From Lingula anatina (taxonomy: Eukaryota; Animalia; Brachiopoda), in the NCBI GenBank assembly GCA_051362555.1, contig CM120649.1, positions 9,424,001-9,488,000 on the forward strand: a stretch of 64,000 nt of DNA, written 5' to 3'. The notes beneath the pieces were generated by a model that was not told where the DNA came from, did no database searches, and saw only the letters and a list, made by a program, of their open reading frames with translations. A program made the position numbers and the translations under genes. Positions 51,240 to 64,000 of this stretch are shown piece by piece. How positions within the stretch are numbered: position 1 is the first letter of the stretch; the number at the start of each line of letters is the position of its first letter.

Positions 51240-52822
51240 TGCAGCAATGGGAAGAGCATGCCCAAGCAGTAAAGTATCATATCTTGAAATAGAAAATATG
51301 TAACAAACCAAAGGAAAATGAACAAATTGATTTCTATAATTCATTTAAATAAATTGTACACAAAATAGAATTCAAATGACTGCTCATGAGTGAAAAGTGC
51401 ACTGTTTAAAATAAACAAGTTGGTAAAATTGACAAAGTCTGCCGGTGTTTATCTGCTGGTTGATTTTATTTATTTTGCCCTCGGCTGTTGTTTTGAAAAT
51501 TTATATTAGAAACATTCTATTGAGTTTATGTTTTAAAAAGTAAATCCATTGGAATTTCCTTAGAATAATAGGGGTCTTAATTCCTGGGTCAAAATCTGGT
51601 TGGGCCATTTTGGCCCACTTGGTCAAAAAAAGTGAGCCATTTTTAAAAAAATGTGTAACACAGAGATCAAAATATATAATTAAATCAGGCCCGTAGCCGG
51701 GGGGGGGGGGGGGGGGGGGGGGGGGTTTCGGGGGTTAGAAAGAACCGCCCCTTTTGCTGGAAAAAGGTCCTTTCTGGATAAAATTTGATCTAGGTACATG
51801 AAGTTTTCATTGGAAAAGGTCCACATTTTTCCGAATAAGAACCCCCCTTTTGAAATTGCTGGCTACGGGCCTGTATATTATAATAAACACATACAGTGAC
51901 AATAAAGACATACATGTGGACAGTGATCAGAATACATACATACACATTCAATGTCTCAACAGACAATGCAAATTAAGGCATCAAGATGTATACATGAAAT
52001 TTTGTTTATATCAAGGTGTTTGCTAAGTGAACCCTTGTCCCCCAACTCCAAACAGTTCACATTAACCCTTGTCACCTTGAACACATTAAAACTGATTTGG
52101 ATTTCAATGACCCATTTCCAAATGATAATATCCCAGTTACAATTTAACATATATATAGTGGCGGTAGTCACAATGGGATTGAAGAAAATCACCAGTGCAG
52201 CAATATCGTTGTTGCACTGACATGTGCTGAGGCTGCGAGGTTGAGATCATTTCGGCTATCCTCAGTGTGATGATAATCCAGGAAACACACCTTCAACTCT
52301 ACTGAAAATAGATGATATATCATCACTTAAACTTTTTATAGACACATACAGTATAGTTACATCACAGAAATAACACAGTTATCAGGTTATATTATTATAT
52401 TATAATTAACACATACAGAAACAACAAAGACATTGACAGTGATCAGAATACATACAAACACATTCAATGTCACAACAGACAATGCACAGTGATCAGAATG
52501 TATACATGAAATTTTGTCTATATAAAGATTTATCCCCCCCCCCCCAACTCCGAAGAGTTAACATTAACCATTGTCACCTTAAAATATATATAACTTGAGT
52601 GGGATCTAATTAAGTGACCCTTTTTCAAAATAATAATTTCTAAAGTTATAACATATAGCGGCAATGGTCACAATGGGATAAAAGAGAATTGCCAGTGTAG
52701 CAATATCATTGTTGTACTGACCTGTGATGAGGCTGCAAGGTTGAGATGAGTTCAGCAGTGCTCAGAGAGATGATAATCCAGGAAACACCTTCATCTCTAC
52801 TGAAAACAGATAATAAATCATC

Positions 52823-54510
52823 AACAAGGCAGCAAAGCTGTCAAATGTACAGACAAAGAACAGAAAATAAAGATGCAAATAAGTGAAAAATTAAATTTTC
52901 ACAAAAAACTGTTAAATTGCCAGAAAAATTTACCAAACAGACTGTGTTGCCTATTGAAGCTGTATGTTAGACCCATGTTTCTTTCCTGTAAGTTTGAGAA
53001 CAGTAAGTGACATGATTTCCCTTAAATGGTCATCATAGGAGCAGTGCCCAAAATAGGGGTTTCTTCAAATTTTGATGCAACATTACATAATGTTTAACAG
53101 CATAATGACATTCAAATGTTATTAATAAAATATAAGTAACATGGACATTCAGAAAATGTGACAAGCAAAAGTCTTCAAGATCATGGAACTTTAAAGTCAC
53201 ACCTTGAAAATGCCAATATGTGAAAAATTAAATTTTCACAAAAAACTGTTTAACTGCCAAAATAAATAAATAAATAAATAAAAATACCAAACAGACTGCA
53301 TTGCCTACTGAAGCTGTATTTTAGTCCCATGTTTCTTTCCTGTAAGTTTGAGAACAGTAAGTGACATGATTTTCCTTAAATGGTCATCATGGAAGCAGTG
53401 CCCAAAATAGGGGTTTCTTCAAATTTTGATGCAATATTACATAATGTTTAACAGCTTAATGACCATCAATTTTTAATTATAAAATATTTGTTTCACAGAT
53501 ATTCAGAAAATGTGACTAGCAAAGGTCTTCAGGCCCATGGAACTTCAAAGTCACGCCTTGAAAATGCCAAAATGTAAACAAGACAGCACTGTTCTGAAAT
53601 GGGTTTATTTCCATTTTTAACACTTTTTTAACATAAAACAAAATAAACATTTTACTGCCATTTTATATGACCAACTAAGAAAATTGATGAGATGGGAAAA
53701 GTATCAATAGAACAGTGTTAAATGTCCAATTTCCTCCATTCTGAGATTCTGAACATAGTGGATGATTGAATCTGACAAACTGCAATGATATGAGTTTATT
53801 TCCATTTTTGACACTTTATTACACAATACATGATAACAAGTTTACCATGTTTTTTACATAATCAACTAACAATGTTGTAAAGATGCAGGAAATATCAAAC
53901 AAACACTTTTAGGCATCTTATTAGTTAAATAATGAGACTGTTAACATGCCTAATAATTGAATCTGAGGAAATGTGAAAAACAGTATAACTTCTAAAATAA
54001 TGGCCTGATTATGCTGATTTTCGAACTCAACCTGCGTTTTAGTAAGATTGACCACTCCTGTGAGTATGATTACAATTGGCCAATCCGTTTTTCTTATATT
54101 GTGTTATCAGTGTTGTATTTATATTGAAAATAGTGAAAAAACAGCATAAATTCCCTAAAAATGGCCCAATCATGCTGATTTTCGAACTTGACCTGCGTAT
54201 TATGAATATTCATCAGTTCTGTAAGTTTCAAGTCAAAAGGTAAAATGGTTTTCCACTTATCGTGTTATCGGTGCTGCATATATGCTGAAAAAAGTGAAAA
54301 AACAGCATAAATTCCCTAAAAGTGACCCGATCATGCTGATTTTCGAACTTGACCTGCGTATTATGAATATTCATCAGTTCTGCAAGTTTCAAGTCAAAAG
54401 GTAAAATGGTTTTCCACTTATCGTGTTATCGGTAAAAGTGCACGGCGACGACGGCGACGACAGACGCAGATGATGGCAATATGTACAGACACATCTGTGT
54501 CTGTACATAA
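52823..54510 (-). mobile_element. HINE copy in the array (2 monomers)
   Basis: aacaaggcagcaaagctg ... tgtgtctgtacataa. Confidence 0.9.
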
Positions 54511-55444
54511 TAAAAGATATATATGTAGACACAGACAGTAGTTATAACACAGAAATAACACCAGTGATCAAAATATATTATTATATTATAATAAACACAT
54601 ACAGCAACAATAAAGACATATATAGACAGTGATGAGAATACATACAGACACATTTTATGTCACAACAGACAATGCATAGGTATCAGAATGTATACATAAA
54701 ATTTTGTCCATATGAAGATTTATGCTAAGCAAACCCTCGCCTCTCCAACTCTGAACAGTTCACATTAACCCTTGTCTCCTTGAAAATATATAACTGAGTG
54801 GGATCTAAGTGAACCTTTTCCAAAATAATAATTTCTCAGGTATAACATATAGGGGCAATGGTCTCACAATGGGATTGAAGAGAATCGCCAGTGTAGCAAT
54901 ATCGTTATTGCACCGACCTGTGGTGATGATGAGAGGTTGAGATGAGTCCAGCTGATCAGAATACATACAGACTCATTCAATGTCACAACAGACATTGCAC
55001 AGGCATCAGAATGTATACACAAAATTTTGTCTATATCAAGATTTTTTGCTAAGTGCACAACTGCCTCCCACCCCCACCCAAATCTCAATAGTTCACATTA
55101 ACCTTTATTGTCACCTTGAGCATATCTAAAACTGAGTACGAATAATATAATGGCACAATATTACAGATATAGAGATTTTTTCCCTGGTCATGTATGTATG
55201 TGTTATGTAACACTGTAATATTTTCAAAATACTGGATAAGCTGAACACTTCTTTGTTTTGAGATAAATTGTATTCTAAAGATAATACAACTTACAAAATT
55301 GGCATAGAATTATTTAGTTTAGTTATTTTAAATCAATTTTGAAGTTGTTTGAGTTTTTTTAATAATAAATTCTCATATATCTCTCTTACCACACCCTCCC
55401 ACAAACAAGCTCTCACTCACTCTCCCCCCCTCTCTCTCTCTCTA

Positions 55445-55499
<55 letters not shown>

Positions 55500-57226
55500 T
55501 ACACACTAACTCTCTCTCTCTCTCTTTGTCTGTCTCACACACACACACATTCATACAAACAGAAACACACTAAGACATCATTGAGATTAAATGAAGACTT
55601 CAGCAACACTGTAAGGTGCTGCCGCCAAGTGGATAAAGCAAGCACTACATTGTAAAATGCAGCAATGGGAAGAGCATGCCCAAGCAGTAAAGTATCATAT
55701 CTTGAAATAGAAAATATGTAACAAACCAAAGGAAAATGAACAAATTGATTTCTATAATTCATTTAAATAAATTGTACACAAAATAGAATTCAAATGACTG
55801 CTCATGAGTGAAAAGTGCACTGTTTAAAATAAACAAGTTGGTAAAATTGACAAAGTCTGCCGGTGTTTATCTGCTGGTTGATTTTATTTATTTTGCCCTC
55901 GGCTGTTCTTTTGAAAATTTATATTAGAAACATTCTATTGAGTTTATGTTTTAAAAAGTAAATCCATTGGAATTTCCTTAGAATAATAGGGGTCTTAATT
56001 CCTGGGTCAAAATCTGGTTGGGCCATTTTGGCCCACTTGGTCAAAAAAAGTGAGCCATTTTTAAAAAAATGTGTAACACAGAGATCAAAATATATAATTA
56101 AATCAGGCCCGTAGCCAGGGGGGGGGGGGGGTTCGGGGGTTAGAAAGAACCGCCCCTTTTGCTGGAAAAAGGTCCTTTCTGGATAAAATTTGATCTAGGT
56201 ACATGAAGTTTTCATTGGAAAAGGTCCACATTTTTCCGAATAAGAACCCCCCTTTTGAAATTGCTGGCTACGGGCCTGTATATTATAATAAACACATACA
56301 GTGACAATAAAGACATACATGTGGACAGTGATCAGAATACATAAAGACACATTCAATGTCTCAACAGACAATGCAAATTAAGGCATCAAGATGTATACAT
56401 GAAATTTTGTTTATATCAAGGTGTTTGCTAAGTGAACCCTTGTCCCCCAACTCCAAACAGTTCACATTAACCCTTGTCACCTTGAACACATTAAAACTGA
56501 TTTGGATTTCAATGACCCATTTCCAAATGATAATATCCCAGTTACAATTTAACATATATATAGTGGCGGTAGTCACAATGGGATTGAAGAAAATCACCAG
56601 TGCAGCAATATCGTTGTTGCACTGACATGTGCTGAGGCTGCGAGGTTGAGATCATTTCGGCTATCCTCAGTGTGATGATAATCCAGGAAACACACCTTCA
56701 ACTCTACTGAAAATAGATGATATATCATCACTTAAACTTTTTATAGACACATACAGTATAGTTACATCACAGAAATAACACAGTTATCAGGTTATATTAT
56801 TATATTATAATTAACACATACAGAAACAACAAAGACATTGACAGTGATCAGAATACATACAAACACATTCAATGTCACAACAGACAATGCACAGTGATCA
56901 GAATGTATACATGAAATTTTGTCTATATAAAGATTTATCCCCCCCCCCCAACTCCGAAGAGTTAACATTAACCATTGTCACCTTAAAATATATATAACTT
57001 GAGTGGGATCTAATTAAGTGACCCTTTTTCAAAATAATAATTTCTAAAGTTATAACATATAGCGGCAATGGTCACAATGGGATAAAAGAGAATTGCCAGT
57101 GTAGCAATATCATTGTTGTACTGACCTGTGATGAGGCTGCAAGGTTGAGATGAGTTCAGCAGTGCTCAGAGAGATGATAATCCAGGAAACACCTTCATCT
57201 CTACTGAAAACAGATAATAAATCATC

Positions 57227-59076
57227 AACAAGGCAGCAAAGCTGTCAAATGTACAGACAAAGAACAGAAAATAAAGATGCAAATAAGTGAAAAATTAAAT
57301 TTTCACAAAAAACTGTTAAATTGCCAGAAAAATTTACCAAACAGACTGTGTTGCCTATTGAAGCTGTATGTTAGACCCATGTTTCTTTCCTGTAAGTTTG
57401 AGAACAGTAAGTGACATGATTTCCCTTAAATGGTCATCATAGGAGCAGTGCCCAAAATAGGGGTTTCTTCAAATTTTGATGCAACATTACATAATGTTTA
57501 ACAGCATAATGACAATCAAATGTTATTAATAAAATATAAGTAACATGGACATTCAGAAAATGTGACAAGCAAAAGTCTTCAAGATCATGGAACTTTAAAG
57601 TCACACCTTGAAAATGCCAATATGTGAAAAATTAAATTTTCACAAAAAACTGTTTAACTGCCAAAATAAATAAATAAATAAATAAAAATACCAAACAGAC
57701 TGCATTGCCTACTGAAGCTGTATTTTAGTCCCATGTTTCTTTCCTGTAAGTTTGAGAACAGTAAGTGACATGATTTTCCTTAAATGGTCATCATGGAAGC
57801 AGTGCCCAAAATAGGGGTTTCTTCAAATTTTGATGCAATATTACATAATGTTTAACAGCTTAATGACCATCAATTTTTAATTATAAAATATTTGTTTCAC
57901 AGATATTCAGAAAATGTGACTAGCAAAGGTCTTCAGGCCCATGGAACTTCAAAGTCACGCCTTGAAAATGCCAAAATGTAAACAAGACAGCACTGTTCTG
58001 AAATGGGTTTATTTCCATTTTTAACACTTTTTTAACATAAAACAAAATAAACATTTTACTGCCATTTTATATGACCAACTAAGAAAATTGATGAGATGGG
58101 AAAAGTATCAATAGAACAGTGTTAAATGTCCAATTTCCTCCATTCTGAGATTCTGAACATAGTGGATGATTGAATCTGACAAACTGCAATGATATGAGTT
58201 TATTTCCATTTTTGACACTTTATTACACAATACATGATAACAAGTTTACCATGTTTTTTACATAATCAACTAACAATGTTGTAAAGATGCAGGAAATATC
58301 AAACAAACACTTTTAGGCATCTTATTAGTTAAATAATGAGACTGTTAACATGCCTAATAATTGAATCTGAGGAAATGTGAAAAACAGTATAACTTCTAAA
58401 ATAATGGCCTGATTATGCTGATTTTCGAACTCAACCTGCGTTTTAGTAAGATTGACCACTCCTGTGAGTATGATTACAATTGGCCAATCCGTTTTTCTTA
58501 TATTGTGTTATCAGTGTTGTATTTATATTGAAAATAGTGAAAAAACAGCATAAATTCCCTAAAAATGGCCCAATCATGCTGATTTTCGAACTTGACCTGC
58601 GTATTATGAATATTCATCAGTTCTGTAAGTTTCAAGTCAAAAGGTAAAATGGTTTTCCACTTATCGTGTTATCGGTGCTGCATATATGCTGAAAAAAGTG
58701 AAAAAACAGCATAAATTCCCTAAAAGTGATCCGATCATGCTGATTTTCGAACTTGACCTGCGTATTATGAATATTCATCAGTTCTGTAAGTTTCAAGGCA
58801 AAAGGTAAAATGGTTTTCCACTTATCGTGTTATCGGTGCTGCATATATGCTGAAAAAAGTGAAAAAAACAGCATAAATTCCCTAAAAGTGACCCGATCAT
58901 GCTGATTTTCGAACTTGACCTGCGTATTATGAATATTCATCAGTTCTGCAAGTTTCAAGTCAAAAGGTAAAATGGTTTTCCACTTATCGTGTTATCGGTA
59001 AAAGTGCACGGCGACGACGGCGACGACAGACGCAGATGATGGCAATATGTACAGACACATCTGTGTCTGTACATAA
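57227..59076 (-). mobile_element. HINE copy in the array (3 monomers)
   Basis: Same termini as 52823-54510, with one more 161-bp monomer. Confidence 0.9.
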
Positions 59077-60015
59077 TAAAAGATATATATGTAGACACAG
59101 ACAGTAGTTATAACACAGAAATAACACCAGTGATCAAAATATATTATTATATTATAATAAACACATACAGCAACAATAAAGACTTATATAGACAGTGATG
59201 AGAATACATACAGACACATTTTATGTCACAACAGACAATGCATAGGTATCAGAATGTATACATAAAATTTTGTCCATATGAAGATTTATGCTAAGCAAAC
59301 CCTCGCCTCTCCAACTCTGAACAGTTCACATTAACCCTTGTCTCCTTGAAAATATATAACTGAGTGGGATCTAAGTGAACCTTTTCCAAAATAATAATTT
59401 CTCAGGTATAACATATAGGGGCAATGGTCTCACAATGGGATTGAAGAGAATCGCCAGTGTAGCAATATTGTTATTGCACCGACCTGTGGTGATGATGAGA
59501 GGTTGAGATGAGTCCAGCTGATCAGAATACATACAGACTCATTCAATGTCACAACAGACATTGCACAGGTATCAGAATGTATACAAAAAATTTTGTCTAT
59601 ATCAAGATTTTTTGCTAAGTGCACAACTGCCTCCCACCCCCACCCAAATCTCAATAGTTCACATTAACCCTTTATTGTCACCTTGAGCATATCTAAAACT
59701 GAGTACGAATAATATAATGGCACAATATTACAGATATAGAGATTTTTTCCCTGGTCATGTACGTACGTGTTATGTAATACTGTAATATTTTCAAAATACT
59801 GGATAAGCTGAACACTTCTTTGTTTTGAGATAAATTGTATTCTAAAGATAATACAACTTACAAAATTGGCATAGAATTATTTAGTTTAGTTATTTAAAAT
59901 CAATTTTGAAGTTGTTTGAGTTTTTTTAATAATAAATTCTCATATATCTCTCTTACCACACCCTCCCACAAACAAGCTCTCACTCACTCTCCCCCCCTCT
60001 CTCTCTCTCTATCTT

Positions 60016-60056
<41 letters not shown>

Positions 60057-61782
60057 TACACACACTAACTCTCTCTCTCTCTTTGTCTGTCTCACACACA
60101 CACACATTCATACAAACAGAAACACACTAAGACATCATTGAGATTAAATGAAGACTTCAGCAACACTGTAAGGTGCTGCCGCCAAGTGGATAAAGCAAGC
60201 ACTACATTGTAAAATGCAGCAATGGGAAGAGCATGCCCAAGCAGTAAAGTATCATATCTTGAAATAGAAAATATGTAACAAACCAAAGGAAAATGCACAA
60301 ATTGATTTCTATAATTCATTTAAATAAATTGTACACAAAATAGAATTCAAATGACTGCTCATGAGTGAAAAGTGCACTGTTTAAAATAAACAAGTTGGTA
60401 AAATTGACAAAGTCTGCCGGTGTTTATCTGCTGGTTGATTTTATTTATTTTGCCCTCGGCTGTTGTTTTGAAAATTTATATTAGAAACATTCTATTGAGT
60501 TTATGTTTTAAAAAGTAAATCCATTGGAATTTCCTTAGAATAATAGGGGTCTTAATTCCTGGGTCAAAATCTGGTTGGGCCATTTTGGCCCACTTGGTCA
60601 AAAAAAGTGAGCCATTTTTAAAAAAATGTGTAACACAGAGATCAAAATATATAATTAAATCAGGCCCGTAGCCAGGGGGGGGGGGGGTTCGGGGGTTAGA
60701 AAGAACCGCCCCTTTTGCTGGAAAAAGGTCCTTTCTGGATAAAATTTGATCTAGGTACATGAAGTTTTCATTGGAAAAGGTCCACATTTTTCCGAATAAG
60801 AACCCCCCTTTTGAAATTGCTGGCTACGGGCCTGTATATTATAATAAACACATACAGTGACAATAAAGACATACATGTGGACAGTGATCAGAATACATAA
60901 AGACACATTCAATGTCTCAACAGACAATGCAAATTAAGGCATCAAGATGTATACATGAAATTTTGTTTATATCAAGGTGTTTGCTAAGTGAACCCTCGCC
61001 CCCCAACTCCAAACAGTTCACATTAACCCTTGTCACCTTGAACACATTAAAACTGATTTGGATTTCAATGACCCATTTCCAAATGATAATATCCCAGTTA
61101 CAATTTAACATATATATAGTGGCGGTGGTCACAATGGGATTGAAGAAAATCACCAGTGCAGCAATATCGTTGTTGCACTGACATGTGCTGAGGCTGCGAG
61201 GTTGAGATCATTTCGGCTATCCTCAGTGTGATGATAATCCAGGAAACACACCTTCAACTCTACTGAAAATAGATGATATATCATCACTTAAACTTTTTAT
61301 AGACACATACAGTATAGTTACATCACAGAAATAACACAGTTATCAGGTTATATTATTATATTATAATTAACACATACAGAAACAACAAAGACATTGACAG
61401 TGATCAGAATACATACAAACACATTCAATGTCACAACAGACAATGCACAGTGATCAGAATGTATACATGAAATTTTGTCTATATAAAGATTTATCCCCCC
61501 CCCCCAACTCCGAAGAGTTAACATTAACCATTGTCACCTTAAAATATATATAACTTGAGTGGGATCTAATTAAGTGACCCTTTTTCAAAATAATAATTTC
61601 TAAAGTTATAACATATAGCGGCAATGGTCACAATGGGATAAAAGAGAATTGCCAGTGTAGCAATATCATTGTTGTACTGACCTGTGATGAGGCTGCAAGG
61701 TTGAGATGAGTTCAGCAGTGCTCAGAGAGATGATAATCCAGGAAACACCTTCATCTCTACTGAAAACAGATAATAAATCATC

Positions 61783-63632
61783 AACAAGGCAGCAAAGCTG
61801 TCAAATGTACAGACAAAGAACAGAAAATAAAGATGCAAATAAGTGAAAAATTAAATTTTCACAAAAAACTGTTAAATTGCCAGAAAAATTTACCAAACAG
61901 ACTGCGTTGCCTATTGAAGCTGTATGTTAGACCCATGTTTCTTTCCTGTAAGTTTGAGAACAGTAAGTGACATGATTTCCCTTAAATGGTCATCATAGGA
62001 GCAGTGCCCAAAATAGGGGTTTCTTCAAATTTTGATGCAACATTACATAATGTTTAACAGCATAATGACAATCAAATGTTATTAATAAAATATTAGTAAC
62101 ATGGACATTCAGAAAATGTGACAAGCAAAAGTCTTCAAGATCATGGAACTTTAAAGTCACACCTTGAAAATGCCAATATGTGAAAAATTAAATTTTCACA
62201 AAAAACTGTTTAACTGCCAAAATAAATAAATAAATAAATAAAAATACCAAACAGACTGCATTGCCTACTGAAGCTGTATTTTAGTCCCATGTTTCTTTCC
62301 TGTAAGTTTGAGAACAGTAAGTGACATGATTTTCCTTAAATGGTCATCATGGAAGCAGTGCCCAAAATAGGGGTTTCTTCAAATTTTGATGCAATATTAC
62401 ATAATGTTTAACAGCTTAATGACCATCAATTTTTAATTATAAAATATTTGTTTCACAGATATTCAGAAAATGTGACTAGCAAAGGTCTTCAGGCCCATGG
62501 AACTTCAAAGTCACGCCTTGAAAATGCCAAAATGTAAACAAGACAGCACTGTTCTGAAATGGGTTTATTTCCATTTTTAACACTTTTTTAACATAAAACA
62601 AAATAAACATTTTACTGCCATTTTATATGACCAACTAAGAAAATTGATGAGATGGGAAAAGTATCAATAGAACAGTGTTAAATGTCCAATTTCCTCCATT
62701 CTGAGATTCTGAACATAGTGGATGATTGAATCTGACAAACTGCAATGATATGAGTTTATTTCCATTTTTGACACTTTATTACACAATACATGATAACAAG
62801 TTTACCATGTTTTTTACATAATCAACTAACAATGTTGTAAAGATGCAGGAAATATCAAACAAACACTTTTAGGCATCTTATTAGTTAAATAATGAGACTG
62901 TTAACATGCCTAATAATTGAATCTGAGGAAATGTGAAAAACAGTATAACTTCTAAAATAATGGCCTGATTATGCTGATTTTCGCACTCAACCTGCGTTTT
63001 AGTAAGATTGACCACTCCTGTGAGTATGATTACAATTGGCCAATCCGTTTTTCTTATATTGTGTTATCAGTGTTGTATTTATATTGAAAATAGTGAAAAA
63101 ACAGCATAAATTCCCTAAAAATGGCCCAATCATGCTGATTTTCGAACTTGACCTGCGTATTATGAATATTCATCAGTTCTGTAAGTTTCAAGTCAAAAGG
63201 TAAAATGGTTTTCCACTTATCGTGTTATCGGTGCTGCATATATGCTGAAAAAAGTGAAAAAACAGCATAAATTCCCTAAAAGTGATCCGATCATGCTGAT
63301 TTTCGAACTTGACCTGCGTATTATGAATATTCATCAGTTCTGTAAGTTTCAAGGCAAAAGGTAAAATGGTTTTCCACTTATCGTGTTATCGGTGCTGCAT
63401 ATATGCTGAAAAAAGTGAAAAAAACAGCATAAATTCCCTAAAAGTGACCCGATCATGCTGATTTTCGAACTTGACCTGCGTATTATGAATATTCATCAGT
63501 TCTGCAAGTTTCAAGTCAAAAGGTAAAATGGTTTTCCACTTATCGTGTTATCGGTAAAAGTGCACGGCGACGACGGCGACGACAGACGCAGATGATGGCA
63601 ATATGTACAGACACATCTGTGTCTGTACATAA
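61783..63632 (-). mobile_element. HINE copy in the array (3 monomers)
   Basis: Same termini and monomer number as 57227-59076. Confidence 0.9.
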
Positions 63633-64000
63633 TAAAAGATATATATGTAGACACAGACAGTAGTTATAACACAGAAATAACACCAGTGATCAAAATATAT
63701 TATTATATTATAATAAACACATACAGCAACAATAAAGACTTATATAGACAGTGATGAGAATACATACAGACACATTTTATGTCACAACAGACAATGCATA
63801 GGTATCAGAATGTATACATAAAATTTTGTCCATATGAAGATTTATGCTAAGCAAACCCTCGCCTCTCCAACTCTGAACAGTTCACATTAACCCTTGTCTC
63901 CTTGAAAATATATAACTGAGTGGGATCTAAGTGAACCTTTTCCAAAATAATAATTTCTCAGGTATAACATATAGGGGCAATGGTCTCACAATGGGATTGA

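Larger units (their letters stand above)
46328..64000. repeat. Composite tandem array; units start at ~46328, 48963, 52419, 56825 and 61381 (periods ~2.64, 3.46, 4.41, 4.56 kb); runs off the window
   Basis: Near-identical blocks; the same spurious ORF recurs at 48495, 51951, 56356 and 60912. Confidence 0.95.

Overview
AT-rich, repeat-dense animal genomic DNA; the repeat families suggest a marine invertebrate such as a mollusc or other lophotrochozoan (inference). The only clear host gene is the 3' end of condensin subunit SMC4: five coding exons on + between 1574 and 19391 with phase-consistent GT-AG junctions. The rest is mostly nested transposons. (1) A Ty3/Gypsy (Mag-like) LTR element at 28164-33348 (-) with identical 114-bp LTRs, a CCGAC target-site duplication (TSD), non-canonical TA...TA ends and no tRNA-type primer-binding site (PBS). 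Its 11-nt PBS is instead complementary to a sequence inside its own LTR, the geometry of Tf1-style self-priming; this is the most interesting observation. (2) A near-complete RTEX-like LINE (esterase ORF1; APE-RT ORF2 with one in-frame TAG) plus several fragments. (3) About a dozen copies of a non-autonomous Helentron-like (HINE) element carrying 161-bp satellite monomers. (4) Several MITEs and a Tc1 relic. (5) From ~46.3 kb to the window end, a young composite 2.6-4.6 kb tandem array built from these elements. All calls come from reading the sequence; no searches were run.
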